From Podarcis filfolensis (Eukaryota), in NCBI GenBank assembly GCA_964270895.1, contig OZ185436.1: a DNA stretch of 64,000 nt; one strand, 5' to 3'. Position 1 is the stretch's first letter, and each line of letters starts with the position of its first letter. Below are positions 39,550 to 52,729 of this stretch, one piece after another. The notes under the pieces were generated by a model that made no database searches, was not told the DNA's origin, and saw only the letters and a program-made list of their open reading frames with translations. A program made the position numbers and the translations under genes.

Positions 39550-41801
39550 ATGTAGAGCAAATTTAATTCATGAAGCAGCTGTGACACAGCCACTCCTCCC
39601 AATACCTTGTATCTGAATTCAGTCTCCTATAAGAAGTAACCCACTTTGGCTGTTCAAACAAAATATCTGTAATCTTTGAATGATGAGGCCTGTAAGATCA
39701 GTCTTAAGGCCACCTCATGGGGTGTGTTTTCTCTTAAAATACTGATATATCGCTTCGTCTGCTGTCTAGATGAGCTGTCTTTTCTGAGGAAGTCTCATAT
39801 TTAGAGCAGAGAACAAAGTTGGTTAAGATGAGTTTTCGCTTCAAAGTGGCAGAGTCTAGGTTGTTCTTATTGAACAAAACACCTACATTTCTGTAATACA
39901 ACAGCTACGACACTACCTTGGGGTTTCACAGTTTTCCTAGTGCTGAGCTGAGAAGGCTACAGACTAAAAAAAGCTCCAAAACCAACTCTATTTACCCTCC
40001 TAATAAACAAAACAACTCTTCTCTGCTTATGTGAGGCCTACACTGTCTTAATCACGTATCCTAAAAATGACCTTCAACCTGGCCTCAGGCCAGTCTTTGC
40101 ATTCCAGATTCACTGAACTAAAAATCAGTATCTTGCTTGTTCTCAGTCTGAGGGGATTAGACGTAGATACCAGTTTCCCTGTGCTAGAAAAACATTCCAC
40201 ATAGACAAGACGACTCCAAGCAGGGCAAGATGCAGAGCAAATTCAGTATACAGAATGTTCCATCAACAGAGTAAAGCTCCTGCCACCCCACATCCGTAAT
40301 TAGCATGTTGCACACCAGTCCTTTCCTAAGCTTTGCTTCCAAGACACAATCTTAAGGGCCACAACCCAACACTTCACACATTATGCTTTTAAGATATACA
40401 TATTAAAAAATTCACGTTAAGCATGAATGGGTTAAACACATTTGCACACATGTGTCATACATGTACTGTACACCTCCTCAGGGACACAGAATTGGCTATT
40501 GGGTGCTCCTATGGCAAACCTGAGTCCTTTTCTGCAGTTTGATGAGCACATGCTAACTTCCAGTAATGCACACCTGCATCTATTATATACTCTGTTTGTA
40601 CAAGGATTTTGTTCTTCCCAAGAGACTAATACATCCAATGCATATACTAAGCCACTGCGTGCTTTCCTCTCTGCATTCACATTCAAAAGGCACTACACTG
40701 ACTTCTGTACTAGAAAAATACTTATAAGCTTTGAAAATTAGAACCTTCGTCAGGGAGGGGCAAAAATATCAAAGGTGGAAGCAACTCAAAATTCAAGCCA
40801 TTCCTTAGTTCAGACCCCAGTATCAACATGCCTTGGGTAAAGAGGAGCCCCCTACTTGATTAGGTGCTTCCTAAAAAAATCTGCTAAGGCCCTAAATACA
40901 ATTCTGCCTGGTAGAAGATGCAGTTATTGCCGGCTGTGTTTACACAGGGAATAGCCAGCTGTAATTATAGGAACGATGTTATGATAACAGGAAACCCATG
41001 CCCTGTGGAGATATTGAGGAGAGGCATACAGCTATTTGCTAATTACCAACAACAAGAACCCTTTGTGTAGCTGGGGAAGGATGAGTTCCCTCTACTTTGT
41101 GGACTTAGGCCCACAGATGTTTTAAATCATCCACATCAGAGTTATTCTGCAGTCTCCAAGGCGTATGCACAGTTATCAGAGTTCTTTGGTTCTTGCTGAC
41201 AGAGCAGAGCCATCGTCCTCAGGAATTTCCCCCCAAAATGCATCCGCTTAGTGTAACACAGGCAAATGTGTGTGGCAATACTGCAGAAGCTGACAAGAAA
41301 GTAGCAAAGCAACTTCATGGCAAAGGCAGGTAGAGCAGAAATGATGGCAACCTCAAAAAGGCTGGCAAAGGTCCTCTCAACGAGAAGGAAGCCTGCTCTA
41401 AAAGAGACCAGCTGAGTCTGCTATTTGCTATTTTCCCTGCAAGACTTGCTGAAGACATGAAGAAAAGCAATCTGGCTTTAGCACATTGCACAGAAAAAGG
41501 CACTTGACATGTAATATTGGCCTGTATTTTTAAAATATTTCTGCCCCAGGAGAGATTGTACAGAGGGTAATACTTCTGCTGAAAGAGCAGATGGAAAGGA
41601 TACTAGAAAAAAGCAAGTAACAGTTGTTCAAGGTCAAATCCTTCCATACAGAAATAGCTCCAAACGTTATGAAGAAATTGCGCACATGGAAATATCCGCC
41701 CCTTCCATTCCATTGCTCTCACCCTCTGGCTTTTGCCCTCTTATGGTCCAAGCAACATAACCCTACGAAACCCCAAAGAAAGAGCTTCATTGTCCCCCTA
41801 C

Positions 41802-41984
41802 CTTTTTAATCCTGCCTCTCCGTGTCCCAGCAAAGACCACGGTGTGCCCACGGTAGTCATACGCAGCCACTGATGTCATGCCATCTTCCTTGTCCACAAA
41901 GAGCGGCACACCTTCAATGGTGACTGTTCCACCCAATGGCTGGTTAAAATCCTGACCACAGAAATTGTCATCAATTTGCAGGGG
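41802..41984 (-). CDS. PLXNA1: Plexin-A1, second coding exon (183 bp, 61 aa, Sema domain)
   Basis: Translates to [61 protein letters not shown], which directly continues ...GCINS. It has the acceptor tctcccacag| and donor AAG|GTAGGG, phase 0/0. The ORF track missed it. Confidence 0.96.
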
Positions 41985-43131
41985 CTGTGGGAGAGAAAGG
42001 GAAGGAAGAGATTAGCTGTTTGACAGCATTCCAGCACATCATGTAAATGGCTGTGAATGAGAAAACGGTACAGAAATCTGCAAAGTCATCACAGATACGA
42101 AAACATGTAATTCTAGTGCAGATGTTGATGGCTTCTTTAGGAACACATGTGTAAGGCAGTCACAGGTGAGAGAACTCTCTTAAAAACCCTCTTCCTATTC
42201 CTTCCCATGAATTTCAAGAGGCCCATGCAGCCTCTCACTCCATCAATGTTCCTTAAAAAAATTCCACAATTCCACAGGCACATATCAGGATATGTGGTAC
42301 ACCACTTCACCATCTAATTTCCACTTTCAGAAGAGTGCAAAACAAGGACATGGGACAGTTCCTAAATGTGGAAATTATCAAAGTGAAGGAATGAAACCAA
42401 AATAAAAAGGTAGCATTTCTGAAGTTCCTACATCTATATAAAATTACTGTAAAAATCAATACACTTGAATAAAACAAAAACTGCTGGGATGCAGCAAGTA
42501 AGAGACACTTCACACACTTCATGGCAGAGACAAATACATGTTAACATTTAGTGTGCACTGGCTTCTACCCCATAACAAGGTGGCAACATTGTTTTTTAAG
42601 TGCATATGAACTGTAGGAACTAGCCCTGTCTCCTTGTAGTATGTTTTTGTGGTAAACACACCAATACAAACCCTATCTGCCATGCTCATTGCAAGGTAAA
42701 AGTGAGCACAAGCTGCAATTTTAACACGGACCTGTTTCAACTGTGAATCTTTCTTTCAAGAGTGGCCTCAGCAAATTGCACAGTAGGTCACCAGTATGCC
42801 AGGATCCTATTCTCTTGCACAGTTAGCACAATGCTCAGTCTACGCCTGTATAGGGCAGAGATGCAGCAACCTGAGGCCCAGTTCAGATGCAATAACAGAG
42901 ATGCAGTCCCAGGGGCTACAAACAGGTTTTGCACCTGCAAACTCCTTCCTCACTCTTTCCTTTGCACCCCCAGTTTTGGTGAAGATTTCTTTGTTTACAA
43001 GCTACCTGGGTGAGACTAATTAACAACATGCTAATCAGCTTAAGAGATCGCCTTGCACCATGTGTGTCTACCATGTGTGTGAGGAACTTACACTTTTACA
43101 AGTGTCATATAAGGTTCGCTTTGCATCTGTA

Positions 43132-43357
43132 CAGTGGTACCTCGGGTTACATACGCTTCAGGTTACTGATTCCGCTAACCCAGAAATATTACCTCGGATT
43201 AAGAACTTTGCTTTAGGATGAAAACAGAAATCGTGCTCCGGTGGCGCAGCAGCAGCAGGAGGCCCCATTAGCTAAAGTGGTGCTTCAGGTTAAGAACAGT
43301 TTCAGCTTAAGAACGGACCTCCGAAACGAATTAAGTACTTAACCCGAGGTACCACTG
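43132..43357. mobile_element. Tc1/mariner (pogo/Tigger-like) MITE
   Basis: Perfect 18-bp TIR CAGTGGTACCTCGGGTTA / TAACCCGAGGTACCACTG, with TA on both flanks. Confidence 0.93.
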
Positions 43358-43670
43358 TAGAAGCTTTGGAACTCGCCATTATCCACATCACATTAAGGCC
43401 AACTTTTGATTCAATCAAATACCCTAATTGCAGGTCAAAGCAACCTTTATGCTCCTGTATCCTTTTCAATGGTTCACAGCTACATGAATACTCCTTCTTC
43501 AGTTGAGACTGTAAATTGCTAGAAAAAGCAGCAAACTGACCAGGGTGTTTAACTATTTAAAGGGCAACCTTCCATGAATGGAACCATATTTTCCCTCTTC
43601 AAAAGTCACAAGAAACAGTAGAAATCAGGAAATTTCTGTGCTGAAGCTGGACATATGAAGCATCAGCATA

Positions 43671-43802
43671 ACCACAGAGGGGGGCAGTAGGGGCAGCTGG
43701 CCCCCGAAATAAATAAAAATCAATATAAATACATAGCGCTGAAGTTCTGCCCCCCCCAACAAAAGGCCTGCCCCCCTAACAAAAATCCTGGCTACACCCA
43801 CG
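43671..43802. mobile_element. Partial hAT-like MITE
   Basis: ggggcagctggccccc...gcccccctaacaaaaatcctggctacacccac is typical of the terminus of a squamate hAT MITE. The left end is unclear. Confidence 0.4.
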
Positions 43803-45388
43803 ATTATGAAGGGAGGAAGGATGGGGGGAGTGAAGAGGGAGCATGTGGGCACACAGCTTATTCTTGTTTTAATAAACCACAGTTGGTAATATTAGCTTGT
43901 GTTGCTGCAAATCTCTCATCTAATTAGTCTTCTCCAGGTGGAGAGAGATATAGATCTGCTTCAGCTAATGGAGCACCTTTAGATAAAAGACCTCTGCTGC
44001 TACTTTGAGGCAGAAGAGTTCTATGTTTACCTATTACTACTATTAGTTTATTACTATTATTATCATTACCACTGCCATTATTTATGCTGTAAAGTTCACT
44101 ACACTCTGTGCAAAAGATAACATAGGCATGCCCTTGCAGAATGGCTTACATCCAGCAAAAAGGGACAGGAGCAGAAAGGAGAAAATACACACATTCAGAG
44201 TTTAAGCGGGTTGAATGTCCACTGAAAGAATCTGTTCTTGGAGATTATTCTAGCCAGCATGCTAGAGAGGGCCTGGCCATCTCTCCCTTCTTTATGACAG
44301 CTGCCTGGTGCCTAAACCTACTTTGAAACCACACAGTAAAGTGAGCGTAGTGTTGTAAAGGGTCTAAAGCATGTGGGGAAAAGTTGCCTGTCCTTTTACA
44401 GGGGCCAAGATACTGTGGCTAGCAGCTGGTCTAACAAGAGACGAGGCCTTCCATGCACATGTTTTAACCAGCACCACTTGAGGAATTCTTCTTGTCAGCT
44501 TTTATCACAGTCTCAAGGATTCATTGTGCAGCTCTTCGCATCTGTGCTACAGGGCCCAAGGGGAATGGCACTATATAATTCTGCACCTGTGTGCTTTCCA
44601 GTTCTCCCCCAGGTCACTCCTAAATAGGGAATGTTGTATCTCATGGGCGGCAAGAGGAATGTGCTTGCAAGCTGCAGACACACACATGCAAACTACAGAA
44701 TCCACCCATATTACATTCCTCCCTGTAGTTTCGCATGGACACCACGTTGCCCACATCCTGTCCTAAGCTGCTGGCCCTTGTGTCTGCACAGATGTTAAAC
44801 AACTCCTACATTCTGCCCCAGAGACAGACAGAATTCAACAAGGGATGAGAGGACTGGGCGGGGGGCAGGATGAAGTGGACCCTGTTCACAGAACAGTTGC
44901 GAGGCTGTTCAGGTCTCTCTGGGAGACCAAGAGAGGTCTGCAGAATAGCTTTATAGAGTGCATTTTTAGCAAGCCATATCCAAAATAGAGAGGAAGCCGG
45001 AAGACTTATCTTCCTTTGCCTTTCAATAAGTGCCACAGCATTTACTGTACATACGTTTACTGATATGTGGCTTCTAAAACACTGGGGTGGGGTGAGGGGG
45101 AGAAGGTGTGTTAGCCTGAAATGCCAAAACAGTGGAGGGCAGTTTTAATACTCCCAATCCATCTGCAGGCCCTTGCAGAATAAACTAATTTTGTTTCAGC
45201 TGTAAACTTCCTTTCTGTATTCAAGCAGCTAGGCTAGGCCAAAGGACTACTGTTTGCAGGGTCACAAAACTTCTGCAGAGACAACCTCACCTATGCTTGA
45301 TCAGCGAGGGGGAGAGAAACCAATCGTATCTTAGCGTGCTTCCAGGCAGTTACCTCCCACTTTAACTGTAGTAGTAAAAAATGAGGTA

Positions 45389-45615
45389 CAGTGGTACCAC
45401 TGTTTATGAGAGTCTTGGAAGCTGAACATTTCGGTCTTCGAACGCCGAAAGCCCAGAAGTAATTGCTTCCGTTTTTGAACACGCCTCGGAAGTCGAATGT
45501 TTTTCAGTTTTTCCAATTGAACTTGCAACCAGCCCTTTGCGCCTCGGTTTTCAAACATTGCAGAAGTCAAACTGTCTACTGGAACAGATTACGTTTGAGA
45601 ACCAAGGTACCACTG
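45389..45615. mobile_element. Tc1/mariner (pogo/Tigger-like) MITE
   Basis: TIR CAGTGGTACC / GGTACCACTG, with TA on both flanks. Confidence 0.88.
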
Positions 45616-46935
45616 TATACAGGAAGAGTGAAATTAACACTGCCCAGATGGCCGGGGGAGGGGGGAGAGGTAGGATGCTCCTTCTCACTGGCACAGAGAG
45701 GTAGGGGGGCTTCACCACAGCAATGGCTTTAGCTTTGCCCAGGTTGGCAGTGAGCTCCCACTGGATGTACCACAGTAGAAAGTCCCAGAATGGGGCACTG
45801 TGAGGCAGGGGACTGGCAGCTTTGGATTCAAAGCCCCATGAATTTCTCAAAAAGCCCTCAGCAGTACAAGCTTGAAGCTAGTGCAGAAGAGCACAGCAGA
45901 ACAAAGAAACCTGCCCTCCAAAGATGGCCACCACATGGGGTTGCAGAAGCAAAAGTAGGATCCAAGGGCTTTCTCAAACTGCAAGCAATTTGAGAAACAA
46001 CTCTTTCTCAGAACTCCAATCAGCCCAAAAGCGTTGCCATGAACCAGGGTGTGAGTTGGAAATTTCCTGGTACCACCTTCTAAAAACTATATTTCAAGAA
46101 GGACAGGGGTCACCTCACGGTAGCCTGGCAATCTGGAATCATCAACGGCATCTGCTGAGGAGTCCAGCTGAACCAGCAGGCCAACATTTACCCCGGTGGA
46201 GTAAAGCATCTGCCAAATCCCTGCCAAAATGGATCTAGATCACTGGTCTTCAACTAGTGGGCCAGGAGCCTGATCCAAGGTAGGTCATTACTGGAGCTCT
46301 ACTATCATGCAAATGTATGGTAAAAGGTTTAGAAAAAGGTTTCCTAATGCATGTTTGGGTCAAAACTGGGTCCTGGGTCTGAAGGAGTTGAAGATAATGC
46401 CAAAAATGCCTAGCTGGAGCATGACTCACTTAAGCACCTAGCCCAATAATAGAACACTTCTCAGCAATTATCCGATATGATTGAATATGGTCGAAAAGTT
46501 CAACAATGGTCTTAATCAAGCTGCTGGGGGGGGGCTGCCTCTAATTTTGTGTTTTTCCATGCTCTGCATGGCCACCATTTTGTGTTATGCCACACCACTC
46601 CCACAGCAGCCAACTTGTGACTGGTACCCCCAGCACTGTCTCAAAATTCATAAGCAGAATAAATTGTGCAATAAAGAGGCACATATAGGAATATCTGCAC
46701 AATTAATGCCAGTCACAGAATCAGTTTTTCTAGGTACAAAATCTGTGTTTCTTTGTCACCAATTCTGATACTTCCAAAAACTGGTGCAGTCTTGTTTGTA
46801 GGAAAGTGATTCTAACTCTGTAGGAGTTTAGACTAAGAATAACTTGTATTGTTCTCTCCCAAGCAGCTGGTAGATGACCAGGTAAAGTGGAATCCTAGTC
46901 TCCCCATACCATTTGTCATTTGGACATTATTATTA

Positions 46936-47178
46936 CAGTCATACCTTGGAACCCGAACGGAATCGATTCCAGAGGCCCGTTCGACTTCCAAAACATTCGG
47001 AAACCAAGGCACAGCTTCCGATTGGCTGCAGGAAGGTCCTGCAGCCATTCAGAAGCCGTGGAAGCCACACCGGACATTCAGGTTCCAAAGAACATTCACA
47101 AACCGGAACACTCACTTCCGGGTTTGCGGTGTTTGAGAGTCAAAGAGTGCAAAGGCATTCGATTTCCAAGATACAACT

Positions 47179-47179
<1 letters not shown>
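46936..47179. mobile_element. Tc1/mariner (pogo/Tigger-like) MITE
   Basis: TIR CAGTCATACCTTGGAA / TTCCAAGATACAACTG (imperfect), with TA on both flanks. Confidence 0.85.
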
Positions 47180-47224
<45 letters not shown>

Positions 47225-47300
47225 CATCATCATTATTATTTCTTGATTTTATATACCGCCCTATACCCAGGGGGTCTCAGGGCGGTTCACAGACCTAAAA
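47180..47300 (-). mobile_element. (TAT)n/(CAT)n microsatellite and L2/SINE 3' tail remnant
   Basis: (att)n...ttttatataccgccctatacccagggggtctcagggcggttcacag, the reverse complement of an L2-type tail. Confidence 0.7.
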
Positions 47301-48664
47301 CAACCTATTTCACATTTGAAATGAGGAAACAAGGCCTGAAAGGGCCAAGTTGCCCAAACACATTTCTTTCTGACCAAAAGACAAACACGTTGGGCAAGAT
47401 TTTTCTGCCTTTGCCTAAGCTGAACCCTGGTCTGCCAAGCTGACAGTTGCCTCCAGAACTGAGGTTCACCAACATTTTGATTCAAAAAAAAAGGAGGCAG
47501 GGAAACTGCAAGTGATTAGCTTCTGGAGAAGTCCTCTTCTTTCCTCCTCAGCCTTTCCATTCATATAGTATACCTTGAATGAGATCCTCCTTGCAAGCAT
47601 CCCATGAGATGCCCCAGCCTAAGTCTGTCACAGATCATGGCACACGGAGGAGGCAAGAAGGATGGCAAAATGTCTGCAGTTAACACACAGTGTGTATGCT
47701 CTCTTTGGCTTCTGAGGCAGGCCTAGCAGCTTGGTACTAAGAGAGGATGACAGGGAGATGTGGAGAAAACACCACAAGGAAGGAGGGAAGGAGGGGTCAG
47801 GAATGGGGAAATTCCTTGAACCATGAAATCTGTTCCTATCTCCACCTCAGCAGGAAGAGAGCTGTTGCCATGACAACCTCTAGTCCAGCAGTCTCTGGCC
47901 ATGAATTTCAGGGTCTGGGGGATGCAGAGAAAACAGAGAGGAAGACCGAAGAGAGAAATAACTGAAGTACTCAAATATCATGAATGGCAATGTGTGAGTT
48001 GAAATACCCACAAGGTGCACACCAAAAAACCCTGGGCTCTGCTAATTCCAGCAGAATACAGCAGTACGGTAATGAAAGAGATATAGTTCCCAGCAATCTT
48101 CAGTGGGTTCACTGCACACCCAGAACGGACAACTGCCAAGCCAAGCCGAGAGAACACTGCTAAAAGAAAGGGCCCAGGTGCACTCAGAAGTACACAAGTT
48201 CCTAGCAAACAGGGAATTGCATCCATGTGCACTTAAATTTGCAGGCTGAAGTGGAAGTGCAAAGGGGGCAGCTTTAGTTAGCAATGTAGTAAGAGCATCA
48301 CATCTAGGACTTGTATATGTGCACACATTCCTAAAAAACACATATTGAGGGTGGTGAATTAATTGGCTTTGAGAAATATTTGACCAAGTTGTACACTATA
48401 TGGATAGCAAGTCACTTAGCTGTGCACAACTCTCAGCTCATTTGTCACTATTGCACCTCCTTCCCTTTTCTTATATGTGCTCACTGCCAAACCGCACATT
48501 CAGGGCAGAAAAGTGGGGTAGCCAATCTGTAGCCAGGCCTAACCCATACCATACAGGCTGCAGCTTGCACTGTCCTGAAGGTTCTGTACCCACCAATGAT
48601 ATAATCATCATGCACCAGTCCCTAAAAGCCAGTCCAGGGCAAGTGTACATAGCCTGCAACCCAA

Positions 48665-48726
48665 TGCACACTTTTACTGGGACTTGAGCATGATGTGCAC
48701 ACTTTTAGTGGGACTTGAGCATGATG
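48665..48726 (+). repeat. 31-bp tandem duplication (2 copies, 1 mismatch)
   Basis: tgcacacttttactgggacttgagcatgatg / tgcacacttttagtgggacttgagcatgatg. Confidence 0.9.
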
Positions 48727-51700
48727 TGCGTACGTTTACAATTGCCTAATTTTGGATGAAACCTAGACACAGGTACAGAGATCCAACATCCGTATGGAAT
48801 TTCCCACACCTCTCTTTTTTTCATACCAACTCTGATTTACAATACAATACACCAGAAGTACTATCTAGGCAGGATGTGAGAGGCGACAGAAGCAGAATTC
48901 TATTTCTGACAGAAATTTTCCAGATAGTTTAAGCCTGACACATAGCTTTCAAATAGATGCTCGTTACTGAAGCTTGCGTGCCTGCCTGCTTGTGTAAACC
49001 TTTGCCTGAAGCCAAGCAGAGAATAGGAGACCCAACAATATCAACAAGGGGAAACCACAGAGACTGGATTCCCTCCTTCTTACCCTTTCAATCTCTGTGG
49101 CAGTCATGAATAGCTGGACATAAGGGAGTAGCTATAACGGGGGGGGGGGGGAGAGAGAGAGACTTAACACAGATTCTTAGGGCTAAATGTTCCTAGGCTT
49201 CCTCAAAAGCTTAAATATCACAAGCTTCATAATCTAATCATTAGAACATTCCTAAAAAGTAATGGTAAGTAACAACCACATGGCTCCTTCCTGCTGAAAA
49301 CAAATACACTCAAAACCTTACTGTGATATTCCCAAATGGCACCAAAATCCAAATAAATAAAAGGTCACTTGTGTATCTGTTAAATCTAACTACTACTATA
49401 AATCCCTGGCAACGGAATCATGATTTCTGAGCATTTGTAGGCTGGCAGTGCAAGAAATGGATTAGAAGTAAACAAAAATTGGTGCTAATACAAACACAGC
49501 TTTGGGGCAAGAATGGACACTTTGTGAAGACGAACCATTTATTTTCGCATCCTATTTGTATCCAGCCGGGATGCCTTTCTAACCATCCAGTTATGTGTGG
49601 TCTTTCAGGCCCAAACCCCTGCTTGCTTTCCTCTGGGTTGTTTTCCTCCCGCCCTTGTACTGCCAAGCATAGAACAATTCCTCTCAAGTTGTGCAGTTAA
49701 AGGGCCTCAGCAGGCAGCCACACAACTGCAACAGTCACTCACAGACCCGCACCTTTGAAGGCAATAACAGCTAACCCCTGACCCTCTGCACTTCAGTAAA
49801 CAGGGTGATGGAGAAAGCAACTAAAAACAAAATTCAAAAAAAAAAATCCAGGGAAGCTGAGGAAGCCTACTCAGACCCAGAAAACCAATTCACAGCTGTG
49901 ACTCCTTTTGCTTGCTCAGCTGTTCCTGATTCCCCACAGCTCATTTTAACAGAGGTTTGTGATGAGGAAGCAGCAAATAATAAATAGTAGTAATTAGGCC
50001 TGAGAAATAATTCACAAAGTCGACAGAAGGGGACCACTTTAGCTGCAGACAGGAATGACACCTTTCCCGGTTTGGTGAGGAGGAAGAGGGCACTGCCCAA
50101 TTGTTTATTTATACACATTAATTAATTTTAAAATACGCAGCTCTAAATTTGCCAACATTCAGAAGACAAATATTTTTTAAAACTTAAAAGCCAGGACAGA
50201 ATGCAATAAAGGCATACATAAAAATGTAGAAGTAATACCTAATTGTTCTGCATAGTTGAATGCAGGGTCACATCTTAATGTGAAATATGCAGTCTAAGAG
50301 AAGCACAGGGCGGAGCAAGAGGGGGGGGATGCGCCCCAGGATAGGAATGAATTAATCTCAAGGGATGATATTCAGCCCATGTGCTCCACCAAGTTCTGAA
50401 AATTTAGCCACGCACAGACACTAAGTAATAACAGAGCTAATACACTTTTGAATGTGACATCCCCATCATTATTCCATGGACCTTTCACCTTGGTCACATG
50501 ACCTCTGCCCTGCAAGGCCTGTGCATTACGTCTTAATTTCTTCAGCTCTTAGAATGTATAGCATGGTGGTAGAAAGGGGGTTATAAAAAAATTCTACTTC
50601 CAGGAGGGCTGGAGCATAACCAATGAAGGTATTTAAGCTCTGGCAGCACCTCTCAGCCAGTGCAATCTTTGTTCCACACTGCTCTCCCCACTCCAATTTG
50701 CAGCTTCCTCAACCTCATCTGCTGCTGAATATGCAAGAGCATAAATGTTTATGGTGTTTACTCTTCTCTGCTTTGTCTCAACAAACTCTCTGGGAAGCGA
50801 CAAATACAGCTGCATTCCCGGGCTGCGGAAGAGTGCCTGCCACCCGCCTGCCATGCTACACCGACACCACCTCAATAAATAATTATGCCAGCAATTAGCT
50901 TGTTAGCAGCAAAATGACTCGTTAGGGATGCACAGGCAGGTGCCACACCAATAAGAGGCCAGATCCAATCGGACTATTTGGTGGGAAGGAAACAGATTTG
51001 GGGCGGTTTCTGAGAGCAGAAGGGCATGGGCTGCAATACGAAATTCTCATACTGGTCTATCAGAGCCAGCCACATCATGTAGGGCAGATAATTCCTTCCA
51101 GACAATAGTACACTTCTGAAGCACAAGGTCACTTACATCCACACTGCTTGCTGAAGCAGACATCCAGCTCTCAGGTTAACAAGAGCCTTCATTCTCCTGC
51201 CAATAATGAAGGGAAATTGCCATGGTTCACAGCAGGCCCAACCTCACAACTACCTAAACCACATTCTCCAGCTATTTTTTCACTAATATAGGAACAGAGA
51301 GCCTGTGCACACTGAATCTGCCATTAATAGCGGGGCTTAGCTTCCAGTTGTTATTGGCTGGCAGAATACTATTTTCCTCTGGGCATTTGCTTGCCTTTTG
51401 GCCAGACTCGGCCGAAGGACACAAGAGTTCACACAGAGAGCGAGAAAGCTCTTTGCCAGGGTGAAACGTAGATGTCTTCTTGATTCATTACTTTACTTCA
51501 AGCCCACTTATGAGGGCAATGAAGGAGTGGACAGGAAAGACAATATTCATTCGTTTAGCTTTATTAAGTGGCTAGTAATTCAGCTGTCCCTTAGGGCCAT
51601 TCATTTCCGGGCTTCCTGACATCTTCAACAGAAAAGAGAACTCTATGAACACCCTTGTTTCATTTCACTATAAATGTTATGCTGGGACTTAATTGTGTAG

Positions 51701-51959
51701 GGCTGACAGGAAATTATCTTATAGCGAAGTGTAAGGACCTTAGTCCTCAACTTAAATATTTCTTGGAGGCCGTGATTCAAATTCAAGTCTTTAATATACC
51801 AGAAGCAAAATAAAATGATTTCAAAGGGAATCAGTTAAGGAGTAAATTACTTTTACCGCAACCCCACAACACAGTGTTCATTGCAGACTGCACATCTGGT
51901 AAGCTACCAGTCCCAATTCAAGGTGTTGACTTCAGTCTACAGAATTCCTAAAAAGTCTG

Positions 51960-52095
51960 GGGTCTAGGTACTTGACCGAATGCCTTTCCCGAGGCCTGCC
52001 ACCCTGAGACTTAAGATCTTCCGGAGTGTCCCTTGCGGCAGGCAAGATGGTGGCACGGGACAGGGCATTCTCAGCGGCAGTGCACTGTTTATGAC
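51960..52095 (+). mobile_element. Decayed L2 ORF2 C-terminal fragment
   Basis: ...LRSSGVSLAAGKMVARDRAFSAAVHCL contains the RAFS motif. Confidence 0.45.
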
Positions 52096-52224
52096 ATTTG
52101 TTTTCACTTGAGATACGACCATCCTCCACATTAGATATATCCAGTGTTAGAAACTCAGATACATAAGCTAGGTGCCAAATGACACCTTAAACTTAAGCCA
52201 CCACAACAGAATGTCTGTTCGCCA

Positions 52225-52276
52225 GAAGGTTGGACTAAATGACCCTTCCAACGCTACAATTCTACAATTCTGTGAT
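52225..52276 (+). mobile_element. CR1 3' terminus remnant
   Basis: ggttggactaaatgacccttccaac...attctacaattctgtgat carries the CR1 terminal ATTCTRTG motif. Confidence 0.65.
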
Positions 52277-52451
52277 CTCAACTACATTGTTTGACTGTAG
52301 CTTGCTCTTAAAACAATTCACTTGTCCTGGTATGCAAGAAGGAGAAACACACATAGGAGAGATGGAAATGGAATTAACAATGGATTAAGACAGAGGTTTT
52401 TTAACTGTGGTCGCCAACTTGGCACCCAGAAATCTCCATCATTCAGTCTGG

Positions 52452-52729
52452 ACACTGAGGTCCAGCTCCGAGGGCCTTCTAGTGGTTCCCTTGCTGCGAG
52501 AAGTGAAGTTACAGGAAACCAGGCAGGGGGCCTTCTCGGTAGAAGTGCCCTCCCTGTGGAATGTTCTCCCATCAGATGTCAAGGGTATAAAGAGCTATCT
52601 GACTTTTAGAAGACACCTGAAGGTTTTTAATGTTTGATGTTTTATTCTGTTTTTATATCTGCTGGAAGCTGCCCAGAGTGGCTAGGGCAACCCAGTCAGA
52701 TGGGTGGGGTACTGTTGTTGTTGTTGTTG
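52452..52729 (+). mobile_element. L2-like LINE 3' fragment
   Basis: LRSSSEGLLVVPLLREVKLQETRQGAFSVEVPSLWNVLPSDVKGIKSYLTFRRHLK. 3' UTR gctgcccagagtggct...(gtt)n. Confidence 0.8.

Noticed and set aside
46913-47443. 176-aa ORF with poly-Tyr/His
   Set aside because: An artefact of the (TAT)n microsatellite and the MITE.
50306-50393. Possible small hAT MITE starting cagggcggagca
   Set aside because: The right TIR is weak and there is no TSD.
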